NCBI GenBank assembly: GCA_965223845.1
Contig: CBDCXR010000004.1
Coordinates: forward strand, 3,040,001 to 3,104,000
Length of the DNA: 64,000 nucleotides
DNA from: Planctomycetota bacterium
Lineage (GTDB): Bacteria > Planctomycetota > UBA8108 > SXIK01
Reading direction: 5' to 3'
Shown in pieces: positions 1 through 10,550 of this stretch. The notes under the pieces were generated by a model that ran no database searches, was not told the origin of the DNA, and was given only the letters and a program-made list of their open reading frames with translations. The position numbers were made by a program, and so were the translations under genes. Positions within the stretch are counted from its first letter, which is position 1; every line of letters begins with the position of its first letter.

Positions 1-186
1 CGCCCGGAACGAGAGTTACTGCCAAGACGGCGACGAAAAAACCGAGCTGAAACGAGCGATGATCGTGACGCATGAATGAGTCTCCCGGCGATAGAATCAC
101 TCTCGGCTCGCGCCGCAGGGCGCGAGGCCTGAAGGCATGCCCGGATTCTCGACCGAGACGTTCCACCGATCAAGCGAGATCGACTC

Positions 187-1335
187 ATGCGTAGAGATTC
201 TCTGAGAGCAGCGACCTCGTGGAGCGCGGCTCTCGTCGCCGGGATCGGGGCCTCGCTCCTTCTTCCGGCCCACGCGGCCGAGCCGGGCGCTCCCGCCGAC
301 GGACTCGGCATCGGCGATACCGCTGTCGACTTCGCCCTGCCCGGCGTCGACGGCAAGATGTATCGGCTCCGTGACTTCGCGGGGACGAAGGTCCTCGTCG
401 TCGTCTTCACCTGCAATCACTGTCCGACCGCTCAGCTCTACGAGTCGCGTATCCAGGGACTCGCCCGCGAGTTTCGCGCGCGAGGTGTCGCTCTCGTCGC
501 CATCTCCCCGAACGACCCGGAGGCGGTTCGCCTCGACGAGCTCGGCTACACGGACGTGGGCGACTCGCTCGCCGACATGCAGGTTCGCGCGCAGGAGCGG
601 CGATTCGATTTTCCGTATCTCTACGACGGCGACTCGCAGGCCGTCTCGCGAGCGTACGGCCCGGCCGCGACTCCGCACGTCTTTGTATTCGACCGCGCAC
701 GGAAACTCCGCTACAGCGGCCGCATCGACGATTCGGAGAGCGGACGAGACATCGGCAGCCGCGATGCGCGCGACGCGATTCTTGCGCTGCTCGACGGAGG
801 CGCACCACCCAAGGAGAAGACACGCGTTTTCGGCTGCTCGATCAAGTGGTCCGACAAGCGCGGAGACAACAGGAGATTCCTCGCGAAGCTCGCCCGGCTT
901 CCGGTGAAGTTGGATGATCTCTCAATTGCGGATGTCCCGCGTCTCCGCGAGAACAAAAGCGGAAAGCTCCGGCTCGTCAATCTCTGGGCGACGTGGTGCG
1001 CGCCCTGCGTCGCGGAGTTCCCCGAGCTGGTCACGACCGATCGGATGTACCGCCACCGCGACTTCGAATTCGTTTCGCTCTCCATCGATGCGATGGACGA
1101 CCGGGACCGTGCGCTCCAGATGCTCAAGAAGTTCGAGGCCTCGAACCGGAACCTCATCTACAGCTCGTCGAGCCGTGATGCGCTCGCAGACGCGATGGAT
1201 CCATCGTGGTCGGGAGCGCTGCCACTCACTCTTCTCATCGCTCCGGGCGGGAAAATCGTCTACCGCCGCGTCGGTCGGGTGGATGTGCTCGATCTTCGGC
1301 GGACGATTGTGCGTGAGCTCGCGCCCTGGAAATAA
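187..1335 (+). CDS. Exported tandem redoxin protein (AhpC/TSA-like domain + TlpA-like domain)
   Basis: Signal peptide; FTCNHCP and YGPAATPHVFVFD..Y.GRIDD in domain 1; WATWCAPC and GALPLT in domain 2. Confidence 0.85.
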   Translation: MRRDSLRAATSWSAALVAGIGASLLLPAHAAEPGAPADGLGIGDTAVDFALPGVDGKMYRLRDFAGTKVLVVVFTCNHCPTAQLYESRIQGLAREFRARGVALVAISPNDPEAVRLDELGYTDVGDSLADMQVRAQERRFDFPYLYDGDSQAVSRAYGPAATPHVFVFDRARKLRYSGRIDDSESGRDIGSRDARDAILALLDGGAPPKEKTRVFGCSIKWSDKRGDNRRFLAKLARLPVKLDDLSIADVPRLRENKSGKLRLVNLWATWCAPCVAEFPELVTTDRMYRHRDFEFVSLSIDAMDDRDRALQMLKKFEASNRNLIYSSSSRDALADAMDPSWSGALPLTLLIAPGGKIVYRRVGRVDVLDLRRTIVRELAPWK

Positions 1336-1385
1336 ACGGATCGGCGTGCCCGGGAGTCTGGCAGAGGGCTCTTCTCGAGACGACG

Positions 1386-1483
1386 CTAGCGCGGATTTCT
1401 CACCAGATTCCGTGAGCGACACATCCGATGCTCGATTCGCGCTTGCGGTGGTGCAGCAGAATCTGGTGAGAAGTCCGGGCTAG
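1386..1483. mobile_element. MITE-like element with ~25-bp terminal inverted repeats and CTAG ends
   Basis: Left CTAGCGCGGATTTCTCACCAGATTC vs reverse complement of right end CTAGCCCGGACTTCTCACCAGATTC (2 mismatches); diverged second copy at 39235-39309. Confidence 0.7.
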
Positions 1484-3273
1484 GTTCGAGTCAGAAGCAG
1501 AAGGCGGAATTCGAGAATCTGTCCCCCAGGATTGTCGATGGCGCGAAGAACTAGCGGCCCGCGCCCGGGTGCGAGGTCGATGGTCCCGACGTGCCATTGG
1601 CGAAAGTCCTTCACGTAGGACTCCACACGCTTGACGCGATCGTGCTCCGCGCCGCGAATCGGCGGATCGTGAGCCTCCTCCAGCTTTCCTCGCAGCTTCG
1701 CGTCGCCAAACGCTAGCTCGATCGTCGCGCCTTCGTCTCCGGCCGGGCACGCATAGTAGATCTCGACTTCGTACCGACCGGCCTCGAGAACCTCGACGTC
1801 CCACGCGATCTCGTCGCCCACGCGAGTCCAGTTCGTGAAGTAGGAACAGTTCGGGAATCGGTTCGAGCGTCGAATCTCGCCGCCCGCCTTCGCGTCTCGC
1901 GCGGGAAGCTGCGTGTAGCGAAAGTTCGGATGTCCCACGACGAACGGCCGGCGGTCGACGCGGCCTGCCGGCGCGTCTTCCATGCCGACGTCGCGACGAA
2001 ACGCCGCGACCGCACTCCGCAGCCGGCTCGCGATCTCCGGGTTGGTCTCCGCGAGGTCGCGGTCCTGTCCCGGATCCGTCGACAAATCGAAGAGCCGTCC
2101 GCGGTGATCGAGCCGATACCGTCCGCTCCGCACGCTCACTCGGTTCCGCCAGGAGGAGAACAGATTCCGTTCCGGCTCGGTCGTCCTCGTCCCGAGAATC
2201 GCTCCCGCGAGACTGGTTCCGTCGAGGGGCTTCGCGCTTGCGATGTCGACGCCCGCGAGCTCGGCGAGCGTCGGAAGGAGATCGATCGCACCTCCGTACG
2301 CGGAGACGACCGTCTCCGGGCGGATCCGCGCCGGCCAACGGACGAGGAGCGGTGAACGCACGCCGCCTTCATCGGTCGATCCCTTGCGCCCGCGCATTCC
2401 CCCGTTCCATCGCCACCCGTTCGGACCGTTGTCACAGAAGTAGACGACGATGGTATTGTCACGGAGGGACAGCGCCTCGATTCGCGCGAGCAGCCTCCCG
2501 ACGTTCCAGTCGATGTTTTCGCACATCGCGAGCGCGGCGCGTTGATGCGGCAGGTCTTCCTTCTCCGGATCGCGATGGCGCCGTTCGAGCTTTCGATCTT
2601 TGAATTTCTTCCACCACCGCTCCGGCACCTGCATCGGCGAGTGCGGGGTGTTGTAGGCGAGGTAACAGAAGAACGGACGTTCGCGATTCGTCTCGATGAA
2701 CGCCATCGCGCGCTCGGTAAAATCGTCGATCACAAACCCCCGCCCACGCACCATCCGCCCGTTGTGCTCGAGCGGAGGACTGAAGTAGTTCCCCCAGTGG
2801 CCGGAGCAGAACCCGTAGAACTCGTCGAATCCGCGGCCGTTCGGGTGGTAGGGATACTGCATGCCGTTGTGCCACTTCCCGAACGCTCCGGTGGCGTAGC
2901 CCGCGGACTTGAACGTGTCCGCGATCGTGCGTTCGTCGAGATCGAGCCGCTCTCCGCCCGCCGAGGTCGAGTAAACGCCGCACCTCTGGTGGTACCGACC
3001 GGTGAGAAACTCGGCCCGGGTCGGCGAACAGACTGGCGCGACGTAGAAGCGTTCGAAGCGCGCACCGTCGCGCGCCAGTCCGTCGATGTTCGGCGTAGAG
3101 AGATCGGTGTTCCCGTTCAGGCTGAGGTCTCCCCAACCCTGGTCGTCGGTGAGGATCACCACGACGTTGGGCCGGGGGGCATCCCGCGCGGCGAGCGGAA
3201 CTCGTGGTAAAGCCGCCCCCGTGAGGACGACCAGCAGAAGAACGACGCGAGGATGGTGAGGTCTGCGCGGCAT
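1480..3273 (-). CDS. Arylsulfatase (formylglycine-dependent) with C-terminal carbohydrate-binding-like domain
   Basis: [30 protein letters not shown] motifs; start moved to ATG 3273, which gives a signal peptide. Confidence 0.9.
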   Translation of the reverse strand: MPRRPHHPRVVLLLVVLTGAALPRVPLAARDAPRPNVVVILTDDQGWGDLSLNGNTDLSTPNIDGLARDGARFERFYVAPVCSPTRAEFLTGRYHQRCGVYSTSAGGERLDLDERTIADTFKSAGYATGAFGKWHNGMQYPYHPNGRGFDEFYGFCSGHWGNYFSPPLEHNGRMVRGRGFVIDDFTERAMAFIETNRERPFFCYLAYNTPHSPMQVPERWWKKFKDRKLERRHRDPEKEDLPHQRAALAMCENIDWNVGRLLARIEALSLRDNTIVVYFCDNGPNGWRWNGGMRGRKGSTDEGGVRSPLLVRWPARIRPETVVSAYGGAIDLLPTLAELAGVDIASAKPLDGTSLAGAILGTRTTEPERNLFSSWRNRVSVRSGRYRLDHRGRLFDLSTDPGQDRDLAETNPEIASRLRSAVAAFRRDVGMEDAPAGRVDRRPFVVGHPNFRYTQLPARDAKAGGEIRRSNRFPNCSYFTNWTRVGDEIAWDVEVLEAGRYEVEIYYACPAGDEGATIELAFGDAKLRGKLEEAHDPPIRGAEHDRVKRVESYVKDFRQWHVGTIDLAPGRGPLVLRAIDNPGGQILEFRLLLLTRT

Positions 3274-3329
3274 CGGGTATCTTTCCTGAACGGAGAAAGG
3301 ATAGAAACTAACACAAAGGAATTGAATCG

Positions 3330-4565
3330 ATGCGCATCCAGATCGGAGTGGTCTTACTGGGGCTCCTCGCACCCCCTTCTCTCGCGCTCTCTAAGGACGA
3401 GTCGACACTCGCGCTCGACCCGTCACGTCAGTGGCAGAAGCACACCATCAACGACCGCTCGCCATACGAAGCCGCGGGGGTTGGAGATTTCAACCGCGAC
3501 GGAAAGCTCGACGTCTTCAGCGGCGACTCGTGGTACGAGGCTCCCTCGTGGAAGCGCCACAAGGTGCGCGATCTCCCGGCGAGCCCGAACCCGCACTACG
3601 CGGAGGATTTCGCCGATCTTCCTCTCGACGTCAACGGCGACGGCTACACCGACATCGTGACCTGCACGTACTTCACGAACCGAATCGGCTGGGTCGAGCA
3701 TCCCGGTGGCGATCCGACGATGCCGTGGATCGAGCACACGATCGACACCCCGTCGTCGAGTGAAACGGGGCAGCTCGTCGACATCAACGGCGACGGCGCG
3801 CTCGACTTTCTCCCAAACACCGTCAGCGTAGTGACGTGGTACGAGCTGGCGGCGAACAAGCCGACCGTCGCGTGGAAGAAGCACGATTTAGGCAGGAAGG
3901 GTGCCGGCCACGGCATAGGCGTCGGGGACATCAACAGCGACGGTCGCACGGACATCATCACTCCGAAAGGCTGGTACGAGCAACCCGCCGACGCGACGGT
4001 CGACGATTGGCCGTTTCATGCTGAATTCGGTCTCGGTGGTGCGAGCATCCTCATCATCGGGAAGGATTTCGATGGCGACGGGGACACCGACATCCTCTCC
4101 GGCATGGGACACGCCTACGGACTTAGGTGGCTCAAGCAATCGAAGAAACCGTCCGGCGAACGGGAGTGGACGGACGAGTGGATCGACAAGTCGTTCTCGC
4201 AGGTCCACACGCTCCATCTCGCCGACCTCGACGGTGACTCCCGGCCGGAAGTGATCACGGGAAAGCGGGTGTACGCCCACGAGGTCGAGCCCGGCGCGAC
4301 CGACGCCCCGTGCGTCTACACGTTTCGCTACGACCGGGAGAAGGCGCAGTGGGTGAAACGAGTTCTTTACGAGGGAAAGCCCGCGGTCAACGCACCGAAA
4401 GAAGCGAAGGACCGCTGGGCGCTCGAGGATTTCGAGCGTGGAAGCGCCGGCACCGGACTCCAACTCGACGCGCGCGATCTCGACGGCGACGGCGACATCG
4501 ACGTCGTCTGTCCGGGAAAGTCCGGACTCTATTGGCTCGAGAATCCGCGCATCTCCGGAAAGTAG
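3330..4565 (+). CDS. Secreted FG-GAP/VCBS repeat beta-propeller protein
   Basis: Signal peptide; seven DxNxDGxxD-type Ca-binding repeats. Confidence 0.85.
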   Translation: MRIQIGVVLLGLLAPPSLALSKDESTLALDPSRQWQKHTINDRSPYEAAGVGDFNRDGKLDVFSGDSWYEAPSWKRHKVRDLPASPNPHYAEDFADLPLDVNGDGYTDIVTCTYFTNRIGWVEHPGGDPTMPWIEHTIDTPSSSETGQLVDINGDGALDFLPNTVSVVTWYELAANKPTVAWKKHDLGRKGAGHGIGVGDINSDGRTDIITPKGWYEQPADATVDDWPFHAEFGLGGASILIIGKDFDGDGDTDILSGMGHAYGLRWLKQSKKPSGEREWTDEWIDKSFSQVHTLHLADLDGDSRPEVITGKRVYAHEVEPGATDAPCVYTFRYDREKAQWVKRVLYEGKPAVNAPKEAKDRWALEDFERGSAGTGLQLDARDLDGDGDIDVVCPGKSGLYWLENPRISGK

Positions 4566-4602
4566 CGAACGACGAGCGCGGGACGACCTTCGCGCGCCGC
4601 GA

Positions 4603-5523
4603 TCACTCGTTCAAGGTCATCCAGTCGAACTCGCCGCCGGATTCGTCCGCGAGGCCGAGGAGAAACTCCTCGTGAATCGGGTTCCGAGAGGCTCGAGGGT
4701 GCGCGAAGACCTGAATCGGAATTCCCTTCATGAAGGCGAGGTCGAGGACTTCGACCGACGCTCGACGAAGGTAATCGCTCTCGCGCGCGCCCCGGCAAGT
4801 CCCGACTCCGTCCGACACGTAGACGAGTCCCGGGAATCCCCGTTCAGCCGAGTCGAAGTAGGGAAACGCGCGGGTGAATCCGTCGATGGGACAAGTACTC
4901 ACGCCGAGCTCGACACCACTCAACCACCGAATGAGTGCTTCGGCGTCTTCGGGAGTTAGAGCGCGGACGGACGGGCCGCGCGGCCAGCGCGGAGGCTCGT
5001 CTCCGGAGAAAACGATCGCGACTTCGCGGCCCTCTTCCGCGAGACCGCGAATCAGTTGCGGAAACTCCTCTCGAACTCGCTCGAATCCACCGTTTTGGAA
5101 GAACGTGGGGGTACGGTCGACGAGGAAGACGATCGGATCGTACTCGATCTCCACGCCGAAGAACTTCGTGGACGACGAGGCGTCTTCACAAGGGGAAAAC
5201 CGTTCGCAACTGAGCCCGGACCGATCCTCGCCGCACTGTGCGAAAGGATCCATCGGCGGCCGTCCGCCCGCAAACAGGTAAAGCAGGATTGAAACCGCAT
5301 CGTCGATGGCGATCCCCCCTGAATCGTCGAAATCGGCGGCGGCGAGGCACGCCGGCGCCTCGCCGCTGTCGAATAGATAAGTCAGAGTGAAGATCGCGTC
5401 CGTGAATCGGAGAGCACCGTCTCCGTCCACGTCGCCGCGGCGAAACGGGTCGGCGCTGGCGCTCGAGAAGATTCCGAGCACCAGAAGCGCGCACACCAGA
5501 CTGAGACAACATACGCGTTTCAT
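4603..5523 (-). CDS. Secreted protein: N-terminal dockerin-like domain + vWA-like domain
   Basis: FRRGDVDGDG..DAIFTL.YLF..C..AADFDDSG; then IVFLVDRTPT, VYVSDG and terminal LADESGGEF typical of vWA. Confidence 0.7.
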   Translation of the reverse strand: MKRVCCLSLVCALLVLGIFSSASADPFRRGDVDGDGALRFTDAIFTLTYLFDSGEAPACLAAADFDDSGGIAIDDAVSILLYLFAGGRPPMDPFAQCGEDRSGLSCERFSPCEDASSSTKFFGVEIEYDPIVFLVDRTPTFFQNGGFERVREEFPQLIRGLAEEGREVAIVFSGDEPPRWPRGPSVRALTPEDAEALIRWLSGVELGVSTCPIDGFTRAFPYFDSAERGFPGLVYVSDGVGTCRGARESDYLRRASVEVLDLAFMKGIPIQVFAHPRASRNPIHEEFLLGLADESGGEFDWMTLNE

Positions 5524-5645
5524 TCGCAGCTCTCCGTTCGCGCACTCCTCCCCGTTTAGATCAGGCCGGCATCACATGACCGATCCGTTCGCCGGGATAT
5601 AGGAAACTGCTATGGATCGAAAACGGACGGAAGACCGGCTCGTTC

Positions 5646-7004
5646 TCACAGAGTCCAACCCGACCGGTACTCCGGGCTGACCCACTTGTTCGCCGCCTCG
5701 ACGTTCGTCACCTTCATCGCCTTCGCATCCCACTTGAGCTCCTGCCCCGCGAAGCGAATCGCGACGGCTCCGAGGAGCGCGACCTCCGTGAGCGGTCCGC
5801 CGAAGTCCGCGAAGTCGGATCCGGCCTTGCGGCCGTTCCGGATTCCCTCGAGCCAATCTTGATGGTGGCCCTTGACGCGCGGAATCTTCTTGAGCGGCTG
5901 CTTGTAATCGTCGGCCAGTTCCTTCGGAATGATGCGCCGGCCGCCCGCACCGTGCGAGCCGTGGACGATCTTTCCCTTCGTGCCGTAGACGACGGCGCCG
6001 GTGCCGGGGAGATTTCCGTCGAGGCCTTCGGGACGCGGCGGACGCATCTTGCCGTCGAACCACGTGAGCTTGATCGGACCGCGCCTTCCCTTAGCCGGGA
6101 ACTGATACGTGATCTTCGATCCCGGCGGGTAGACGAGCACGTGCTTCTCGGGGTCGTAGCCCGGATCGACCTCGGCCTTGACCGACGTCGGCGCTCCGAG
6201 ATCGAGCGCCCAGAACGAAGGATCGAGGACGTGGCAGCCGAAGTCCCCCACCGCGCCCGTCCCGAACGGCATCCACCCACGCCAGTTCCACGGTACCCAA
6301 AGCGGACTGTACGCGATCTGCTGCGCGGGCCCGAGCCAGAGGTCGTAGTCGAGACCGTTCGGGACGTCGTGCTTCTCGGCTAGCTTCGGTAGCTTGTCCA
6401 TCTGACAATAAACGTGCGGGAAGGCATCGCAGCTCGCGTGCACTTCCGTCACGTCGCCGATCGCCCCGTCCCAGACCCACTCACAGAACGAGCGAATCGA
6501 CTCCGACGAGTGTCCTTGGTTCCCGAGCTGCGTGACGACGCGCTTCTCTCGCGAGAGCTTCCGAATCGCGCGGACCTCGTGGATCGAGTGCGCGAGCGGC
6601 TTTTCGCAGTAGACGTGCTTCCCGCGCCGGAGCGCATCCATCACGGCGACCGCGTGCGTGTGATCGGGCGTTCCGACCGTGACCGCGTCGATCTGCCCGT
6701 CGACCGCGTCGAGCATCTTGCGGAAGTCCTTGAACTTCGCCGCCTTCGGGTAGTCTTTGTAGGTTCCCGCGGCGCGCCCGTCGTCGACGTCGCAGAGCGC
6801 GACGATGTTGTCGTTCTTGCAGGCGTTCACGCTAGCTCGCCCGCGTCCACCGATGCCGATGCAGGCGACGCCGATCTTTTCGTTCGGCGTCGGCCGATTC
6901 GGCCCGCCGAGGATCGAAGCGGGCGCGATGCTGAAGAGCGCAACACCGCCGGCCGTGCCGCTCAAGAACTGTCGCCGATTGACGCGTTTCGGGGTCTTCG
7001 ACAT
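5646..7004 (-). CDS. Tat-exported Gfo/Idh/MocA family oxidoreductase
   Basis: NRRQFL twin-arginine signal; IGIGGRG; TPDHTH; HVYCEKP; start moved to ATG 7004. Confidence 0.9.
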   Translation of the reverse strand: MSKTPKRVNRRQFLSGTAGGVALFSIAPASILGGPNRPTPNEKIGVACIGIGGRGRASVNACKNDNIVALCDVDDGRAAGTYKDYPKAAKFKDFRKMLDAVDGQIDAVTVGTPDHTHAVAVMDALRRGKHVYCEKPLAHSIHEVRAIRKLSREKRVVTQLGNQGHSSESIRSFCEWVWDGAIGDVTEVHASCDAFPHVYCQMDKLPKLAEKHDVPNGLDYDLWLGPAQQIAYSPLWVPWNWRGWMPFGTGAVGDFGCHVLDPSFWALDLGAPTSVKAEVDPGYDPEKHVLVYPPGSKITYQFPAKGRRGPIKLTWFDGKMRPPRPEGLDGNLPGTGAVVYGTKGKIVHGSHGAGGRRIIPKELADDYKQPLKKIPRVKGHHQDWLEGIRNGRKAGSDFADFGGPLTEVALLGAVAIRFAGQELKWDAKAMKVTNVEAANKWVSPEYRSGWTL

Positions 7005-7235
7005 TTCTGAATCTCCGTCGTATCTCCGCGTTCGTCGTTCCGCCGAGAGGGCAAGGAAGCGTTCGAAAGAGCTACCGCTGATTCTGAACGACCGGCGAGA
7101 GCGGATCAACGCTAACCTGAACCTCAGGCGCGCGTACCTGCCAGCAGATCGCGCGTTCGGAGCGGCCACCTCTCGTTACAATGGTGCGAACACGGGCGCG
7201 CCGTCTCTCGCGAACGCTGCCATGATCGGAGGACC

Positions 7236-8255
7236 ATGCTCGAATCGTGTAGGTCGATCCAACCGGTGCCGGAGCGAGCTCTATCGGCCGCATCGCTCGT
7301 CGCGGTCGTGCTAGCGCTCGCCCTTCCGAGTGCCTGCAGTCCCGCGCACGAGCGCTCTCGCAGCGGCTCGCCCCCCTCAGGGGCGACTCGACGATCCGAG
7401 ACGATCGCACTCGGCCGCGATCTCTTCTTCGACCCGCGCTTATCTCGAACCAATCGCGTCGCGTGCGCGACGTGCCATCGACCCGAGCTCGCGTTTACGG
7501 ACGGCAGGCGGTTCGCGGTCGGAGTCGAGGATCGTCGCGGAACGAGAAACACACCGAGTCTCCTAGGGGTCGCCGAGCAGTCGTCGTTCTTCCTGGACGG
7601 ACGCGCGAGCTCACTCGAAGCGCAGGCGCTCCTCCCGATCGAGAACCCGCGCGAAATGGATTCCCGGCTCACCGACGTGATCGCAGCCATCGATGACGAC
7701 TCGGAGTATCGTCGCCGGTTTCAGACTGTGTTCGGCGGTCGAGTCACGTCCGCGCGCATCGCCGAGGCGATCGCCGCGTTCGAACGAACTCTGACGGCGC
7801 CCGAGACACCATTCGACCGCCATCTCGCGGGCGACTCCGACGCGCTGTCTCCAGCCGCTGAGCGAGGGATGGCGCTGTTCTTTTCCGACGCGCGCTGTTC
7901 AGAGTGTCACCCGAGTCCGCGATTGACCGACGGCGAGTTTCACAACGTCGGTGCGGCCGACCCCGCACTTCCCGTCGACGAAGGTCGGCGCGCCGTCACC
8001 GGTCGCCGGGAAGATGAAGGCGCGTTCAAGACTCCGGCGCTTCGGAACGTTTCGCAGACCGCACCCTACATGCACAATGGTCGCTTCAAGACGCTGCGCG
8101 AAGTTGTCGAGCACTACAACTTCGGCGCGGTGAACCCGCTCGGGAACGAACACCGCGACGAGCGCCTCGAAGTGCTCTATCTGAGCGAGGACCAGGTCGA
8201 CGACCTCGTCGCGTTCCTCACCCAAGGACTCACGAGCTCGCCCGAATCCAACTAG
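7236..8255 (+). CDS. Di-heme cytochrome c peroxidase/MauG family protein (probable lipoprotein)
   Basis: LFFDPRLS, CATCH, RNTPSL, CSECH, FKTPALRNV..TAPYMHNG. Confidence 0.9.
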   Translation: MLESCRSIQPVPERALSAASLVAVVLALALPSACSPAHERSRSGSPPSGATRRSETIALGRDLFFDPRLSRTNRVACATCHRPELAFTDGRRFAVGVEDRRGTRNTPSLLGVAEQSSFFLDGRASSLEAQALLPIENPREMDSRLTDVIAAIDDDSEYRRRFQTVFGGRVTSARIAEAIAAFERTLTAPETPFDRHLAGDSDALSPAAERGMALFFSDARCSECHPSPRLTDGEFHNVGAADPALPVDEGRRAVTGRREDEGAFKTPALRNVSQTAPYMHNGRFKTLREVVEHYNFGAVNPLGNEHRDERLEVLYLSEDQVDDLVAFLTQGLTSSPESN

Positions 8256-8272
8256 GAAGATAGGACTCTCCG

Positions 8273-10522
8273 ATGCCCAAGACCTACTTCGTGACTGCCG
8301 TCGTCCTCGCCGCAGCTGCTTTGGCCGGTACCGCTGCGCGAGCGGATGCACTGGGCGAGACCGAGCTGAGGCGCCTCGTTTACGTGACGTCGCTCGACGG
8401 TGCGGGTGGGCAGGGCGCGCCGGGCATCTATGTCTACGACATCGATCAGGCTCACGAGCTCGTCCGCTTCGTGCCGATGCCAAACCTCGGCGGAACGCGC
8501 GGCGCTTGCGCGAACGCCGCGACAGATCGGATGTGGATCAGTCACGCGAACTCGAAGCTCCTCTGTCTCGATCTCCGCACGGAGAAGGTGCTCTGGGAAG
8601 TCGAGTATCCGGCCGAAGAGGGCGGCGCGGATCGGATCGGGGTCACACCGGACGGGAAGAAACTCTACGCCCCGAGCGGATGGTGGAGTCGCGATCCGCA
8701 CATCAAGGTGGTCGACGCGGTCAGCGGGACGCTCCTGAAGCGGATTCTCGTCGCTCCGTCCGGCGGCCTTCACAACCTCATCGTGAGTCTCGATGGCGGC
8801 ACGGTGTTCGCGGGATCGACTCGCTACAACATGCTCTCGGTGATCGACACGGCGAGCGACGAAATCGTCGGGCGCGTCGGACCGATCATCGGCGTCATCC
8901 AGCCTCTCACCGTCAACGGGTCGCAGACGCTCGCCTACATCAATTCACACCTCTACCGCGAGGGACACGGTCCCGGATTCGAAATCGGTGATCTTCGGAC
9001 CGGCGAAATCCTGCACGTCGTCGGGAGACCCGATCTCTCCGAGCGGCGAAGCCGCTGCCACGGGATCGGGATCACGCCGGATGAGAAAGAGGTCTGGGTC
9101 GTCGATCAGGGGCATCGCGAGCTCCACGTCTTCGACAACACCGTGATGCCCCCACGCTTCAAGGTCGCGCTCCCGATGGCGGCGAAGACTCATGGCTGGA
9201 TTTGCTTCAGTCGCGACGGAAAGTTCGGTTGGTGCGACACCGGAGAAGTGTTCGACGTCGCAACGAAGAAGGTGATCGCGCGATGGACGGACGCTCGCGG
9301 CGGCGAGGGGAAACCCGTCATGAGCAGCAAGTTCTTCGAGATCCATTTCCGCGGCGAAGACGCGATCTGGGTCGGAAGACAGATGGGGGTCGGCTACGTG
9401 GGAGCCGACACCGCTCGCGCCGTCTCCGCTGACCGAACGGCACTCTCGAAAATCGATGCGTCGATGCGCGAGTTCGTCGCGAGTGGGACCATCTCGGGCG
9501 CGGTGACGCTCGTCGCCGTCGATGGCCGCGCCGTCCACCACGGCGCGGTCGGTCACGCCGATCTCGAGGGGAACGTAGCGATGGCGAAGGATACGATCTT
9601 CGCGATCGCCTCGATGACGAAACCGATCACCGCGACGGCGATCGCGATCCTCGAGGACGAAGGCCGGCTCTCCGTCGACGATCCGGTCGCGAAGCACCTT
9701 CCCGCCTTTGCAGACATCAAGCTTGCGAACGGTTCCGCTCCCGCGCGCAAGATCACGATTCGCGATCTTCTCACTCACACCTCGGGAGTGGGCGATGGCC
9801 CGCGGCGTCCGATTCCGACGGAGATGACGCTCGCGGACTTGGTCGATGGAATCGCGAGCCAACCGCTCAAGTTCGAGCCGGGTTCGAAGTGGAGCTACGG
9901 GAAGGGGCTTACCGTCTGTGGGCGGATCGTCGAGGTCCTCGCCGACCAGGCATTCGAAGCGTTCTTGAAGACGCGGATTTTCGAGCCGCTCGGAATGAAG
10001 GATACGTCTTTTCGTCCCACGGGAGATCAGCGCGCGCGAGTAGCGAAGATCTACAAACCGTCAGCCGATGGAACATCACTCGAATCGACGGCCGTGTCGT
10101 GGGCGAATCCCGATCGAAAGCGCGCGCCGAATCCCTCGGGTGGACTCTACTCGACCGCTCGCGACATGATGCGCTTCTACCAGGCGATCCTGAACGGCGG
10201 GGCGCTCGACGGCGTTCGCGTCGTGTCGCGGCGTGCGTGCGAAACGATGCTCTCGATTCACACGGGCGATCTGGTCACCGGATTCACCCCCGGAAACGGC
10301 TGGGGGCTCGGCTGGTGTGTCGTCCGCGAGCCCCAGGGCGTGACCGCGCGGCTCTCGCCGGGCACCTTCGGCCACGGCGGCGCGTTCGGGACACAAGGTT
10401 GGGTCGATCCCGAGCGGCGGTTGATCTCGATCCTGATGATTCAGCGCACCGAGCTGGGGAACAGCGACGGCTCGAAGATTCGGCGCGCATTCCACGAGCT
10501 CACGTCGGCCGCGCTCCGATAG
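8273..10522 (+). CDS. YncE/YVTN-like beta-propeller fused to a beta-lactamase class C-like serine hydrolase
   Basis: Propeller repeats (TPDGKKLY, SLDGGTVF, TPDEKEVW, SRDGKFGW); C-terminal FAIASMTK, LLTHTSG, WSYG, FGHGG. Confidence 0.8.
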   Translation: MPKTYFVTAVVLAAAALAGTAARADALGETELRRLVYVTSLDGAGGQGAPGIYVYDIDQAHELVRFVPMPNLGGTRGACANAATDRMWISHANSKLLCLDLRTEKVLWEVEYPAEEGGADRIGVTPDGKKLYAPSGWWSRDPHIKVVDAVSGTLLKRILVAPSGGLHNLIVSLDGGTVFAGSTRYNMLSVIDTASDEIVGRVGPIIGVIQPLTVNGSQTLAYINSHLYREGHGPGFEIGDLRTGEILHVVGRPDLSERRSRCHGIGITPDEKEVWVVDQGHRELHVFDNTVMPPRFKVALPMAAKTHGWICFSRDGKFGWCDTGEVFDVATKKVIARWTDARGGEGKPVMSSKFFEIHFRGEDAIWVGRQMGVGYVGADTARAVSADRTALSKIDASMREFVASGTISGAVTLVAVDGRAVHHGAVGHADLEGNVAMAKDTIFAIASMTKPITATAIAILEDEGRLSVDDPVAKHLPAFADIKLANGSAPARKITIRDLLTHTSGVGDGPRRPIPTEMTLADLVDGIASQPLKFEPGSKWSYGKGLTVCGRIVEVLADQAFEAFLKTRIFEPLGMKDTSFRPTGDQRARVAKIYKPSADGTSLESTAVSWANPDRKRAPNPSGGLYSTARDMMRFYQAILNGGALDGVRVVSRRACETMLSIHTGDLVTGFTPGNGWGLGWCVVREPQGVTARLSPGTFGHGGAFGTQGWVDPERRLISILMIQRTELGNSDGSKIRRAFHELTSAALR

Positions 10523-10550
10523 CGGCGGAGAAAAACGGAGACTTTGCACG

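Noticed and set aside
9450-10522. Antibiotic-resistance beta-lactamase
   Set aside because: Motifs fit the broad esterase/serine hydrolase family (HGG rather than KTG); no mobile context
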